From the NCBI RefSeq assembly GCF_001194135.2, contig NC_068985.1, forward strand, positions 79,475,308-79,539,307: a DNA stretch of 64,000 nt, written 5' to 3'. This DNA is from Octopus bimaculoides. Lineage: Eukaryota. A program made the position numbers and the translations under genes. The notes beneath the pieces are model-generated. The model did no database searches. It was not told the DNA's origin and saw only the letters and a list, made by a program, of their open reading frames with translations. This document shows, piece after piece, positions 38,961-50,959 of this stretch. Every line of letters starts with the position of its first letter. Within the stretch, counting starts at the first letter, position 1.

Positions 38961-39229
38961 ACGCGCACACCCACACACCCATACACTCTCTCTGTCACAC
39001 ACACACACAAACTGATTCTGAGCGAATGAGAAAGCCTCTACATGGCCGCTCGATCAGCGAGAAATAACAACAAATCCTTGTAAAAATATACGCATTTATA
39101 TTTAGGAGTTTCCTTGAAGCCCAAAAAGTGATATTTGCTGTGTTTGTTTGGTGCTTTTGTCTTTTCGTTTGTTTTGCCTTCTGCAAGATATTCTTGTTTT
39201 ACACCGGAAATTATATAATACTTATTTTG

Positions 39230-39700
39230 TTGTATACGAACCATACTTTCGTCTATTCCTAATAATTATAATATTCCGAGCTATGGGTGTACCTAAATAT
39301 ATTCATTATTTCCCCCATTTTCCTGACTAATCTCGTTATTTCACATATCGTTCGGTTTATTACTGGAACAGCTAGTGTTAGATATCTATTATTACATTTT
39401 TATTACTATTTAAATACTTTAAATATTAATCTAACGCAGCTGCAATATTCGTCCCTACACTGCTCTTTAATCTATGGTGGTGTACTTGTCAAGTTCATGA
39501 ATACCTAAGTATTTAAATCTTGTGTTTTGTCTAATTCTCATGTGTACATTCTATTTTTCTTATCTAACATTATATCAGTGTTCTCTAGTAATTTTCTTCT
39601 TGGTTGCTTGACGCCTTTTTTAACCAAACTTGATAGCAATTCATCAGTTGAATTCCTGTAATACCAGTGTTTTCATTTGCTTATTATAAGTAACCACATA
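39230..39700 (-). mobile_element. Very old R4/Dong-type post-RT fragment
   Basis: Pieced minus-strand translation ...FKYLGIHELDK...IKEQCRDEYCSCVRLIFK...LTLAVPVI... follows the R4 motif order; heavily disrupted. Confidence 0.5.
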
Positions 39701-40087
39701 GAACTCAAGGTCATAATGTGAAAACAGTGCGGGTGATTACCACCCTTCGATAGCTGTATCAAATATTGTATATTTGAGACTTATGTTTCATGAATGCGTA
39801 CACAACCCAATTTACATAAGAGCATACAAACCTCTGATATTTTGATATATTCTTCAGAAACTTACTCCTATCAGTCATCTATGTTTTCCTCCGTTATTTG
39901 TTACAAATTTGTTAGAAATTTCAGCTTTATTTTCTAACGTCCGGGAGACAGAAAACAACATCAACAGTTACAATAGCGACAAAGACAGAATCACCAGGAT
40001 CAACAGTTTCAGCAACATCCGGAAGAACAACGATTACACCACCTCCAACACTACCATCAACAACAGCAACAGCATTAAAATAATAAT

Positions 40088-40287
40088 ATTCCTTCCTACT
40101 AAAGGCACAAAGCCTGCAATTTTGGGCGAGGGGACTCCACGATTTCATCGACCCAAGTATTTCACAGGTACTTAATTTATTGATCCCGAAAGTATGAAAA
40201 GCAAAGTGGACCTCGGTGGAAATTTGAACTCAAAACGTAAGGACGGATGAAATGCCGCTAAACATTTCGCCCGGCATGATAACGTTT

Positions 40288-40290
<3 letters not shown>
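40088..40290 (-). mobile_element. SINE family A
   Basis: Family A consensus; flanked by TAA/CTA tracts. Confidence 0.8.
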
Positions 40291-40346
<56 letters not shown>

Positions 40347-40428
40347 GATAATAATAATAATAATAATAGTAATAATAATAATGATGATGATGATGATGAT
40401 GATGATGACGATGACGATGATGATGACA
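40288..40428. repeat. Compound (CTA)n(TAA)n(TGA)n tract
   Basis: Directly visible. Confidence 0.95.
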
Positions 40429-40961
40429 ATAAATGCCCTGATACAGTACCAGGCAGTGGCTCTCATGGCTTCTGATCTTAACTGATTGGAAGTGTTATCA
40501 TGTACATTGTTTTGTCTTGGTATAAAATATGGGCCACAGCAAATATTCTGCTCAATATCACAGATTTGCTAGTCAGTCGCTTGACCATAACCATTTGAGC
40601 GTGTCCTTTGGTGGCTGATGATATGTGCATCTCTGATCATGAGCAGAAGTAGTTGGGGAGTATCATAGCCATGTGTTGAGAGGAATTCTTTGGGGTTTGG
40701 ATAATTCACCTTTGGAAACATTAGTGTTTTGTTCAACATCCTTAAACAACCCTTATTCAGGGACATTTTAAGCAGGATGGGATACTCGACCTGAAGAAAG
40801 TTCTAACTGAGCTTGATTTGAGATCTCTATGTCGTGCACATATGGTTGTGATGCATGTACCTGGTGTAACCTTATCAGACAGGTAGTCATGATGGGTATA
40901 TTGAGCTTTGTATATTTTACCCCAGTATCACTTTGATGGCATGTATTGCTCTCTCACTCAG
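40428..40961 (+). mobile_element. Unclassified ~535-bp non-coding insertion between trinucleotide tracts, possibly a LINE 3'UTR or non-autonomous retroposon
   Basis: Complex sequence bounded by (TGA)n on the left and ...ctctcactcag(TAA)n(CAA)n on the right; no second copy in the window. Confidence 0.4.
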
Positions 40962-40971
40962 TAATAATAAT

Positions 40972-41013
<42 letters not shown>

Positions 41014-41039
41014 AATAATAATAATAATAATAATATTTT

Positions 41040-41760
41040 AAAAAAGATTGATGTAACTCGTCACAAAGATAAACAGTCAAGACGAAGAGCGCGATTCAAT
41101 TGTAATGGATATTTTATTGGCTGAACGATATTTCGGCAGTAAGTCTGTCTTTATCAAGTTCAAAATACACGAAATGAGAATCTCTACATGTCCCACCTTC
41201 TGTATAAATCAAAACATTTCTGTTATGATTCCTGATGGAATTCACTTGGCTCATGTTGTTGCATATTGAACAGGGCTTACCCGGCAGAATGCACGAAACA
41301 CAACTTAATTTATGTTGGTTGTACAACAGAACGATTAAACAAAAGGTTTAATGGGCACAGATTCGACATCAGGAACAATAACAGTAGTTCGACAGAACTT
41401 GCTGAACATTTCGTTTCAAGCGGCTGCAATTTTGAAAAAGAATTGAAAGTGCATATTCTCAGAAAATATTCTGAATCTGCTTCACTTTCACTTCTCAGAA
41501 CGTATGAGAAGAAATATGTTTGCGGTTTATTAACATCACGCCCTGGAGGAATGAATAAAATGACAGGAGAATATCAGCAAATTTACACAAAACTGTTTGA
41601 TTAAATATTCTTCTTTTTCCTTTTCTTTTTTCTTTCCTCGCTTTTTTAATCTTTTTTCTTTCTTTTTCTTTTCGTCTGTTATAAAATTGAATCTTAAAGA
41701 CTGATGGCATCATTCCATCAACGTGTGGACGCTGGTTGCTCTCGTTCATACTTTAAATTT
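41040..41760 (+). mobile_element. Penelope-like element 3' end with GIY-YIG endonuclease
   Basis: ORF 41266-41604: ECTKHNLIYVGCTTERLNKRFNGHRFDI...ELAEHF...VHIL...YEKKYVCGLLTSRPGGMN. Confidence 0.8.
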
Positions 41761-41899
41761 AAATTTCTATAATTTTGAATTTTTATTACCCCTTATGTTG
41801 AACTTGACAAAGACAGACTTACTGTCGAAATATCGTTTAACCAATAAAATATCTATTAGAACCGAATCGCGCTCTTCGTCGTCACTAATGATGATGATG

Positions 41900-41960
<61 letters not shown>

Positions 41961-41961
<1 letters not shown>

Positions 41962-42156
41962 CTTCTCTAATATGGGCAGAAGGTCTGAAACTTGGGGGAG
42001 AGGGAGAGTCAATTATATGGAGCCCAGTACTCAACTGTTACTTATTTTATCCACCCCGAAAGGATGTAAAGTGAAATTTGAACTCAGAACGTACGGACGG
42101 ACGAAACACCGCTAGGCATTTTGCCCGGCGTCCTAACGATTCTGCCAGCTCGCTGA
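41961..42156 (-). mobile_element. SINE family A inside a (TAA)n tract
   Basis: Family A consensus; tract on both sides. Confidence 0.8.
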
Positions 42157-42163
42157 CTTAATG

Positions 42164-42240
<77 letters not shown>

Positions 42241-42264
42241 AATAATAATAATAATAATAATAAT

Positions 42265-42336
42265 ATCTTTTTCTTTTTAAATACATATTTTACCTGTTTA
42301 TTTCCGTGTGTAAACTGGGAATGCATACAATGAGTT
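42265..42336 (+). mobile_element. R4/Dong 3'UTR fragment running into a gap
   Basis: tttaaatacatattttacctg...gtgtaaactgggaatgcatacaatgagtt matches 11620-11685. Confidence 0.7.
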
Positions 42337-42551
42337 NNNNNNNNNNNNNNNNNNNNNNNNNNNNNNNNNNNNNNNNNNNNNNNNNNNNNNNNNNNNNNNN
42401 NNNNNNNNNNNNNNNNNNNNNNNNNNNNNNNNNNNNNNNNNNNNNNNNNNNNNNNNNNNNNNNNNNNNNNNNNNNNNNNNNNNNNNNNNNNNNNNNNNNN
42501 NNNNNNNNNNNNNNNNNNNNNNNNNNNNNNNNNNNNNNNNNNNNNNNNNNN

Positions 42552-42652
42552 NGAAGAAGAAGAAGAAGAAGAAGAAGAAGAAGAAGAAGAAGAAGAAGAA
42601 GAAGAAGAAGAAGAAGAAGAAGAAGAAGAAGAAGAAGAAGAAGAAGAAGAAG
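42552..42652. repeat. (GAA)n tract
   Basis: Directly visible. Confidence 0.95.
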
Positions 42653-43019
42653 AACGAGAGCACTCAGACAGCGCAAACTTCCGCCAAGGCAACACCAACG
42701 TCCTCTCAACGATTAGACAGAAATGATTTTTAAAATGACAATACCTGAACTAAAATTGACTGCGCTCACAAACGAGAATACGAAAGATGAACCCGACTGC
42801 TCTTAAAAAATTAAGTAAAAAAACAGGAAAAGTAATTCAGAATCCTTGTCCGGCACTGGATCGATCCCAAAATATAATCAGTTCGTGCCAGTAACAAATC
42901 TAAACATCCGTGAAAGCTTCATCCGAATCCACCCAGCAGTTCTTGTGATATCTTGTCCACGGACAAATAAACAAGCACAACTAAAAACAATACCTCCGCC
43001 TTCGTTAAGGCGGAAGTAA
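42653..43019 (-). mobile_element. Non-autonomous Helentron-type (HINE/DINE-1-like) element
   Basis: Terminal palindrome ACCTCCGCC-ttcgttaa-GGCGGAAGT (42992-43017), inverted subterminal repeat ACTTCCGCCAAGG (42677-42689), GCAC-TCAGACA-GCGC end hairpin, degenerate AAAC/AAAT repeat. Confidence 0.7.
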
Positions 43020-43032
43020 TAATAATAATAAC

Positions 43033-43086
<54 letters not shown>

Positions 43087-43649
43087 TTCTACTAAAGGCA
43101 AAAAGCCTGTAATTTTGGAGGTGCGGGATAGTCGATTATTACAGCAACATGACTAACACCGACAACAGAACAACATCAAGAATGTTAATAATAAAAGCAG
43201 CAACAAATGCTAGTGTTCTAGCGGATAGCTATCTATTGTATACATTGACTTCAATATATGCAGGTAGTGTCTATCATGTCGAAATCTAAATTCTCTTGTA
43301 ACAGCTCAGTCGGAGATTACGCACATACACAACACACGCATGCACACGGGTACACATACGCTCACCGCCCATACTATACATACACACGCATGCTCGCGTG
43401 CGCGCGCACACACACGGACATATATCTAAAAAGTTCTTAAATATATTAAGCAAAACCCCTGTACTAAACGTGACCCTAAATCTTTTTCTTATACATGTAG
43501 CACCACAAACTCTAATCTACATGTAAACCATGATGCTCACCTTGTGTCAGTATGCCCCAATAGTTAATATCCAGAAAGAGGAAGATAAACCGGTAAACAT
43601 CCACCATCGAACTGAAAACAATAATCCTTTCTACTCTAAGCGCAAGACA

Positions 43650-43836
43650 TGAAATTGGAGATTAAGGGCTGGTTGATTATTGAGCCCAGTGCTCAACAGA
43701 CATTTAGTTTATCGGCCTAGAAAAGATGAACGGCAAAGTCGACCTCGGCGGAATTTTAACTTAGAACATAAAGCCGGAAGAACTTCCACTAAACATTCTA
43801 TCGGACGTGCTAACGACGCTGTCAGCTGGCCGCTCC
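43650..43836 (-). mobile_element. SINE family A
   Basis: Family A consensus; head abuts the (TAA)n tail of the next copy. Confidence 0.75.
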
Positions 43837-43851
43837 GAGATAATAATAATG

Positions 43852-43912
<61 letters not shown>

Positions 43913-43913
<1 letters not shown>

Positions 43914-44112
43914 CCTTTCTATTGTAGGCACAAGCCCTGAGATTTTGGTGGAGGAGCTATTTGATTACATCGAACCTAGAGCTCGACTACTACTTATTTG
44001 ATCGACCCCAAAAGGATGAAAGGCGTAGTCTACTGCTGATGAATATAAACTCAGGACGTAAAGACAGACGAAGTGTCGCTAAGCATTTTATCTGGCAGGC
44101 TAACGATTTCCA
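43913..44112 (-). mobile_element. SINE family A
   Basis: Family A consensus; tail tract at 43840-43912. Confidence 0.75.
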
Positions 44113-44479
44113 GTAATTCCACTAACATTTGCCATTTAACATCCTCGCCCTCATCTTCACGACACGATATGTCTGTTTGGTACGATGCAAAGAGGAAATC
44201 TCATTGGAAAGTTTTGTGGTTTTGTTTTGTTTCTCATATATTTGTGGCTATTTGGGTCTTTCCTAGTGCTGTTGGTTTTGCGGTTGTCTATAACGTGGTG
44301 GTCATTAATGTTTATTCTGTAGCTGTAAGTACTGCTTGCAGGCTTGGGGATGTCGATACAATCCCTATTGCTGCTATTGTTGCAGTTGTTTCTGTTACTG
44401 TTACTGCCTTTTTCGCGGCAGTTGGTTGTATTGTTGCTGTTGATGTTATTGTAAATACACGCTGCTATTGGCGGTACTG

Positions 44480-44915
44480 ATGTTTTGGTGTTTCTGGCGT
44501 TCTGATGACAGAAAGTACAGAAGCGGTTCTTGCTCCTCTCCTCTATTTCTGTGGGCCGAAAACCTTGAGAAAGTTTCACTTACCACAAAAGTGATGTTAA
44601 ACCCTCTTCTCACTGCGTCTACGAACAATTGTGAGTTGCTTCGCAGATTGATCAAATGTGAGATGGCTTCTATACTCTTGAACCGTTTGGATCAATATTT
44701 CAAACCTTGGCGTAACCAATTTTTATTCTGCAGTCTTTAGGCTTGCAATATATTGTTTTATCTTCTATGTCGAAGAGAACAACCACCATCCTCCTATAGA
44801 TCTTTACTTCTGGTGGCACATCGACAAACTCCATTATTATTACACATCGACCGAGGTAGATTGGTATGAGAAGCCGTACGTCACTCTTCAGGATTGTGGA
44901 GTGCTTCCTGTGCAA
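44480..44915 (-). mobile_element. Possible decayed Tx1/L1 ORF1 fragment
   Basis: LLIPIYLGRCVIIMEFVDVPPEV... followed by a degenerate CGK*xxLKxxxPQK knuckle-like stretch; weak resemblance only. Confidence 0.3.
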
Positions 44916-45059
44916 CGAAACACATACACATGCATTTCTTTTAATGAATGTATCAATGTATCAATGTGTGTATGTTTGTATCTACGTATGTACGTACGTA
45001 CGTATGTATGTATGTATGTATGTATGTATGTATGTATGTATGTATGTATGTATGTACAC

Positions 45060-45216
45060 TTGAAAGAATAATGGAAAACCAATTATTGATATTTCGAAGC
45101 TTCCATTTGTAAGCTTTTGCTGATGAAATCATTTTATGATTGCATTAAATTATTGAAATGAGCGTACAAATGATGGCTTCGAAATATCAATAATTTGTTT
45201 TCGGTTATTCTTTCAA
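45060..45216. repeat. 157-bp hairpin/MITE-like inverted repeat (~52-bp arms)
   Basis: ttgaaagaataa..aaaaccaattattgatatttcgaagc..catttgta (45060-45111) versus its reverse complement at 45165-45216; no TSD seen. Confidence 0.75.
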
Positions 45217-45704
45217 TTTAGTTTGGTAATATTCTACATTTTAGCCTCCCCACTAAATATACGCAACATTATACTTCATTAAACGTACAATAACGGAATA
45301 GAGGATATTAACATAGCAAAATATAGGGAGCACTAATACGAGTGGTGACGTATCACGCACTTGAAATACATTAGAGATTATACATACATACATACATACA
45401 TACATACATACATACATACATGCATACACACATCCACACATATATTCATACATATTTGTGTGTGTATGTGGGCGTGTGTGTCTTTGTGTGAATGTATCTT
45501 TACATATATATGTTTATTTTGGTATGTATGTGTGCATATAATTTCCTTCACTGTGGGATCGACTAACAATAAATTATTAAAAAAACTTAATCTTCTTCAG
45601 CAAGATGTATTTCCCGTTTGCGTTCAATGCTTAAGCGTACAATATATGAGTGTATGTGTGTATGTGTATAAATGCGTCAATAATTGTCTGAGTGTATGTA
45701 TTTG

Positions 45705-45890
45705 ATTCGCCATGATAGATCGCTAGCCACCAAACCTTTTGTATTTTCTCTCCCTGTTTATTTTTGTGTTCCTTTCTGTCGAAAGGCGTAGGCTCGAAAC
45801 GTAGAAGACTCTCTCACTTCTCACATCTGTTTGTTGTTTACACACCCACATTCGTCTTTTGTTTTTTTGTAAATTCTCACTGTATGTATT
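45705..45890 (+). mobile_element. Dispersed repeat resembling a Penelope terminal repeat, with hammerhead-like motif (copy 1)
   Basis: gccatg..gatcgcta...cctttCTGTCGAAaggcgtaggctcGAAACGTAgaagac; homologous to 47325-47447 and 59755-59915. Confidence 0.65.
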
Positions 45891-46123
45891 TGTATGTTTA
45901 TTTGATTGTGAACAGTTGATATTTGTTTTTGCAACTTCGGAATTTTGATCGCATCGATTTTTGCAGACTGAATCTTGAAGGGGAAAATTTTCATTTGCCA
46001 GTTTGCTACGTCATAACAATCAACGACTTTGTATGTATGTATGTATGTATGTATGTATGTATGTACGTACGTAGGTAGGTAGACATTTACACACATACAC
46101 ACACACACACACACACACATACA

Positions 46124-46167
<44 letters not shown>

Positions 46168-46170
46168 AAA

Positions 46171-46482
46171 CTGGCACTCCGTCGTTTACGAAGATGAGGG
46201 TTCCAGTTGATCCTATCAATGGAACAGATTGCTCGTGAAATTAACGTGCAACTGGCTGAGCACTCCACAGACACGCGTACCCTTAACATAGTTCACTGGG
46301 AACATCAGCGTGGCACGGCTGACCCATTTTGAAATATAGGTACTACTCCTTTTTCTCAGCTGAGTGAACTGAGCATCGTGAATTAAAGTATTTTGCTCAA
46401 GGACACAACGCGTCGCCGCGAATTGAACTCACGACCTTGCGATTGTGAGCCGAATGCCCTAACCACTAAGCCACGCGCCTTC
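46171..46482 (-). mobile_element. tRNA/CORE SINE carrying the family C 3' tail
   Basis: Head gaaggcgcgtggcttagtggttagggcattcggc, CORE gttgtgtccttgagcaaaatacttt, tail ...cacgttaatttcacgagca...gacggagtgccag shared with 6602 and 18464. Confidence 0.8.
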
Positions 46483-46609
46483 GCTGTTTAAGCCACGTGT
46501 CTTCACTAAATATAAGAACATATATATAAGAATGAGTCAATATTCAAAATAAATTCTGGTAAAGATATTATTATTATCATCATAATTATTATTGTTATTA
46601 TTATTATTA

Positions 46610-46664
<55 letters not shown>

Positions 46665-47229
46665 CAGCAGCAAATCTAAATAATTGATAATAACAATAAC
46701 AATAACAAGCAACATTAGCATTAAACAGTTATACAATAAATTCTTAATTATACTAGAGGGTACATGAAGCACCAGCTTGCTTGAAAGTGGAGTTAAAAAC
46801 CTGAAGGTAACCATTAATCTCACTGAAAATATGTAACAGACTAACAGAAATCGGGCAAACGAGTGGAATTTAACATACTACCTCAGGTAAAAAAAAAACC
46901 GTAGAATAAGGAATCCATCACGTCTCGTTGTAATCCGTTATGTCTTGAATAGTTGCGCGCCAAATTCAAAACAATTTCAGAGCATTATGTATATATAGAT
47001 ATATACTCAAAGAGAAAACCTATACCTGCACGCTAGAAACGGCAGTTAATCACGATCAAGAAAAAATAATTTTAAAGACACGCCGATAAAGCACTAGTGC
47101 TATAGGTCTTCTCTTTGTGCATATATCTATATGCACTCTTATATATGAAAATATGTTGTCTTATAACTTTTATTACGCATACGAACCACTGGTAATACAT
47201 TATTCAAAATTTTTACCCTTATGATTTAC

Positions 47230-47275
<46 letters not shown>

Positions 47276-47324
47276 AAGAAATATACATACATGTACATAC
47301 ATACAAATGCACATACATACAACC

Positions 47325-47447
47325 AGCCGCCATGCCTGATCGCTAAATACACATGTTTTTTTCTCTTCTTTCTCTATTTTCTCTTATTCCTTTCTGTTGA
47401 AGAGCGTAGGCTCGAAACGTAAAAGACTTTCTTATTTCCCGAGCGTA
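47325..47447 (+). mobile_element. Dispersed Penelope-terminal-like repeat (copy 2)
   Basis: Homologous to 45705-45890; contains the best hammerhead-like motif. Confidence 0.65.
47390..47425 (+). ncRNA. Minimal type I hammerhead-ribozyme-like motif with variant core
   Basis: CUUU-CUGUUGA-A-GAGC(GUAG)GCUC-GAAAC-GUA-AAAG: stem I, 4-bp stem II, palindromic ACGU stem III, GUA site; A6 replaced by U. Confidence 0.45.
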
Positions 47448-47704
47448 TATATATATATATATATATATATACACGCACATGCACACGCGCACACTCACAC
47501 ACACGCATTCACTCACACACACATACGCATATAGATATATACACACGTATAGGGCTAGTATGAAAAATTACAATTTATTTCAAANNNNNNNNNNTATATA
47601 TATATATAGGGAGAGAGAGAGAGAGACAGGGAGAGAGAGAGATTGTGTGAAAGAGAGAGAAAGAGGTTAATATATACTCCACTTAACTTACACACACACA
47701 TATA

Positions 47705-48972
47705 CAGGGTGCCCATAAATCCTTTTTACAATTTATTACAAAGACAATTGACAAGATATCTTAATGAGACTTGTTCTATTTTACTCAGTGGTCTTCAAAT
47801 TTTTTACCTCATTTAATACACCTCTACATGGGCACCATTAGTCGCACGAACCACATCAAGACGGCACTCGATTTCTTGCCATGTTCGGTGTAGCATAACC
47901 TCATCAGTGGTTGCAATCGCATTTGTTATCTTTTGTTTTAGTTCAGTAATGTTCCGCATCTTTGTTCGATACACGATATCTTTAACATAGCTCCATTGAA
48001 AGAAATCCAGAGATGTGATATCTGGTGAACGTGGTGGCCACGGAATTGGTCCACTCCTTCCAATCCAACGGTCTAGAAATGTTTGATTGAGTATCTCACG
48101 AACATGCAGTCCCAAATAGGGTGGGGTACTATCTTGCTGGAAAATGATAGTCGAAGGTCCTGAGGTTGTGGTGCCACATATTCAGTCAAAAGGTCAGTGT
48201 TGATATTTGCAGTAATTGATCTCTCATTGAAGAAAAATGGACCAATAATTCGATTACACGTAATCCCACACCAGATATTCGCTGAACTTCTCTAGTCACG
48301 TGGTGGTGTTCTAATCCCCAGATTCTCACATTGTGTTTGTTCAGTTTCCCTGAAACATGAACGGTTGCTTCATCATTAAAACAAACTCGCCTGAGAAATG
48401 TTTCATCTTCAGATATTAGTTGCAGCATGTTAACTGCAAACTCTTTTCGCCTTGGTTTATCATTTGGTTCGATTGCCTGGAGTTGCACTTTGTAAACGTA
48501 CAATCGCAGGTACTTGTGTAGGACCTTGTGTACTGTTGAACGTGGTAGCTCTAACTGTCTGGCAGCAGTACGGATGGACTTTGTGGGAGAACGAGAAAGG
48601 TTTCTCTTACACGATGAATGTTTTCCTCAGATGTTCTTGGTCGCCCACTTCTCTTTCTATCTAATACTGTCCCTGGCTCCATAAATTTCTTGTGCAATGC
48701 ACGAATTAACGGACGTGATGGTGCATCTCCTCCATACTTTGTTCTGTAGTTTCGTTGAGTCTGCGTATCCGATTCTGTCTCAATAAACCACAACACACAT
48801 TGTGCCTTCTCTTGAGGAGTAGCCATTTCTTAAGGATTCATTAAAAATAGTGCCTCTTTAATCTGCAGGATGCCTGAAGCACAAGAATGCAATGTGATTA
48901 AAAAGTTTGAAAATCATTGAGTACAATAGAACAAGTCTGATTAAGATATCAATTGCCTTTATGGACACCCTG
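47705..48972 (-). mobile_element. Full-length-size Tc1/mariner DNA transposon, DD41D (rosa-type), frameshifted transposase
   Basis: TIRs CAGGGTGCCCATAAA / TTTATGGACACCCTG with TA on both sides; transposase 48826 to 47813 in at least 3 frames: MATPQEKAQCVLWF...SGRPR...FNDEAT...FQQDST...WPPRSPDITSLDFF; 41 residues counted between the second and third Asp. Confidence 0.95.
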
Positions 48973-50318
48973 TATATGTATATATATAAATATGCGCGCG
49001 CGTGTGTGTCTGTGTGTCTGTTCGCTTGCGGAGGTAGGGAGAGGTATATTCGAATTCACAATTGCGAGAAATAAATGTTCCATACTTTAGTTAGTGTATC
49101 TCCTAAATATATTTTTTTTGTTTTAAAGCTTCAATCATTGAACTGCCGCCCTGCTGGGTCACCGCCTTCAAGTATTTTATCAATCAGATATATTCCAGTA
49201 ACTTTTTTTATCATTCTGGTAATGAGTTTATCAATCATCATTTATCGAATCACTAATTTACACCATTTGTTACAGCAGCGGATTTATACGGGTAAATGTT
49301 GTCTCTAACAGACACACGTATACATACGCAACCATACCAACATGAGTAAACACACATACATATATGTGCGTATGAATTTTGGTATCACCAAAGAAAAACC
49401 AAAAATGAACTTTGACTGAATAATAAACTCAATATAAATATACAATCATGTCTTTAAGTATATGTGTACATATCTATGTATACATATATCTATATATACA
49501 TTAAAAAAGATGTGTTTTATATACATAAATGAAACGATTATTGACTAAATATATTTGAATGAATCAGTATTGATTCAAATATATACATACACGGGCATGC
49601 GTTTACACATACACACATACGCACGCGTATTTCGTTTGTATATCGCCATTATTAGTATATTAATTCGCAAATAATTGTCCTAATTTGTTCATGTTTTCCA
49701 TTATATTTTTAGTCAAGTTACAAATGTAAAATATATGCCATATATAGGGTATATAGTATATGATAAGCATGTGTTATGCGATAATTGATTGGAATTATAT
49801 TTTGCCGACTATCTGCAGAGTGGAAGATATTTTGCGAATAGAGAATTTTCTGATAGAATTAAATTGATATTTAAGTAAAATTTACACACACAACTTGTCA
49901 ATGTTTTCTTGAATAATTCCAGTATTATTAATAATTTTATTTGCCTGATGGATAATATATGTTGTTTGGCGCCTCTACGGTTCAGAATTAGAAATAAAAT
50001 GCGTGATGGTATTGATGGTTATGGAAATCAATTAATGTAAGAAGCTGAAATAGATTTATCAGTTTAACCGTTATTTAATTCGTTAGCTTCGAACGGACTG
50101 TGTATAACATAAAATTGAGCTTTACATATATTCTGTACTTATTCAAAATTTGTACTAAAAGAATAATTCTAAATACATATTTCTGAATTGTACTTGGGTT
50201 ATGGCATTTAAGTATGTGTATGTATGTGATCGTGTATGACATAATTATGTGCATATGTCTACAATATTTGTTCATTGATGAAATATCATCCCTCTGTTCT
50301 TTTTCATCGTTCATTCCA

Positions 50319-50346
50319 CTGATGAAGAATTCATGTCCGAAACGTC
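50319..50346 (+). ncRNA. Degenerate hammerhead-like motif with canonical core
   Basis: CTGATGA-AGAATTCATGTCC-GAAACGTC; stems I and II are poorly paired. Confidence 0.3.
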
Positions 50347-50959
50347 AAACTTTTTTTGTTACGCTGAGCGTGAAACGAATATCTAAAGAAACTACAAATG
50401 AACATTTTTACGTATTTTTAAGCATAAATATAGTTTAGTAATTGAGTCATTTATACTTCTTATACTGGTTTACTTTACAATGTTTATTACAAATTACTGA
50501 GTACTGTGCTCAAGTGAAAGAGTCTTTCTCATCATTTATTTTAAAAGCATTTCTTGAATATTTAGTATTGATAAAACTGTTACTTATCAACAATTTCTGT
50601 AACTTGGTGCACATGAGAGAAAAATAGTTGAATGGTCTGATGCAGAGAATTTTTTATTCCGCAAGAGAATATGAACGAAGAAGCATTGAAATTTCAATGA
50701 TTCACCAATTCCGCAATTCAGCGATGCGTTGCTCCACCTTGCATCACGTAATTACATGTAGATAAATCTCGTTGCTAAGTTGTAATTGTATTGACCATTG
50801 GCAAAAAGAAGTGGCTGTGACAGGATATGAATCGATGACCCCACTGATTGACTGTCTCGTAACGTTGCTGCTTCATCATCCACGGTTAGATAGCGCTGGG
50901 TATCCACCATTCTAAGTTGTCGGCAACACAAAAATTACCCCATACCTCCATGGCTTGCT

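Noticed and set aside
41701-41725. CTGATGG...CAACGT downstream of the GIY-YIG ORF, and CTGATGA at 45119 and 44503
   Set aside because: Position or partial core is suggestive of a hammerhead, but GAAAC or the required stems are missing.
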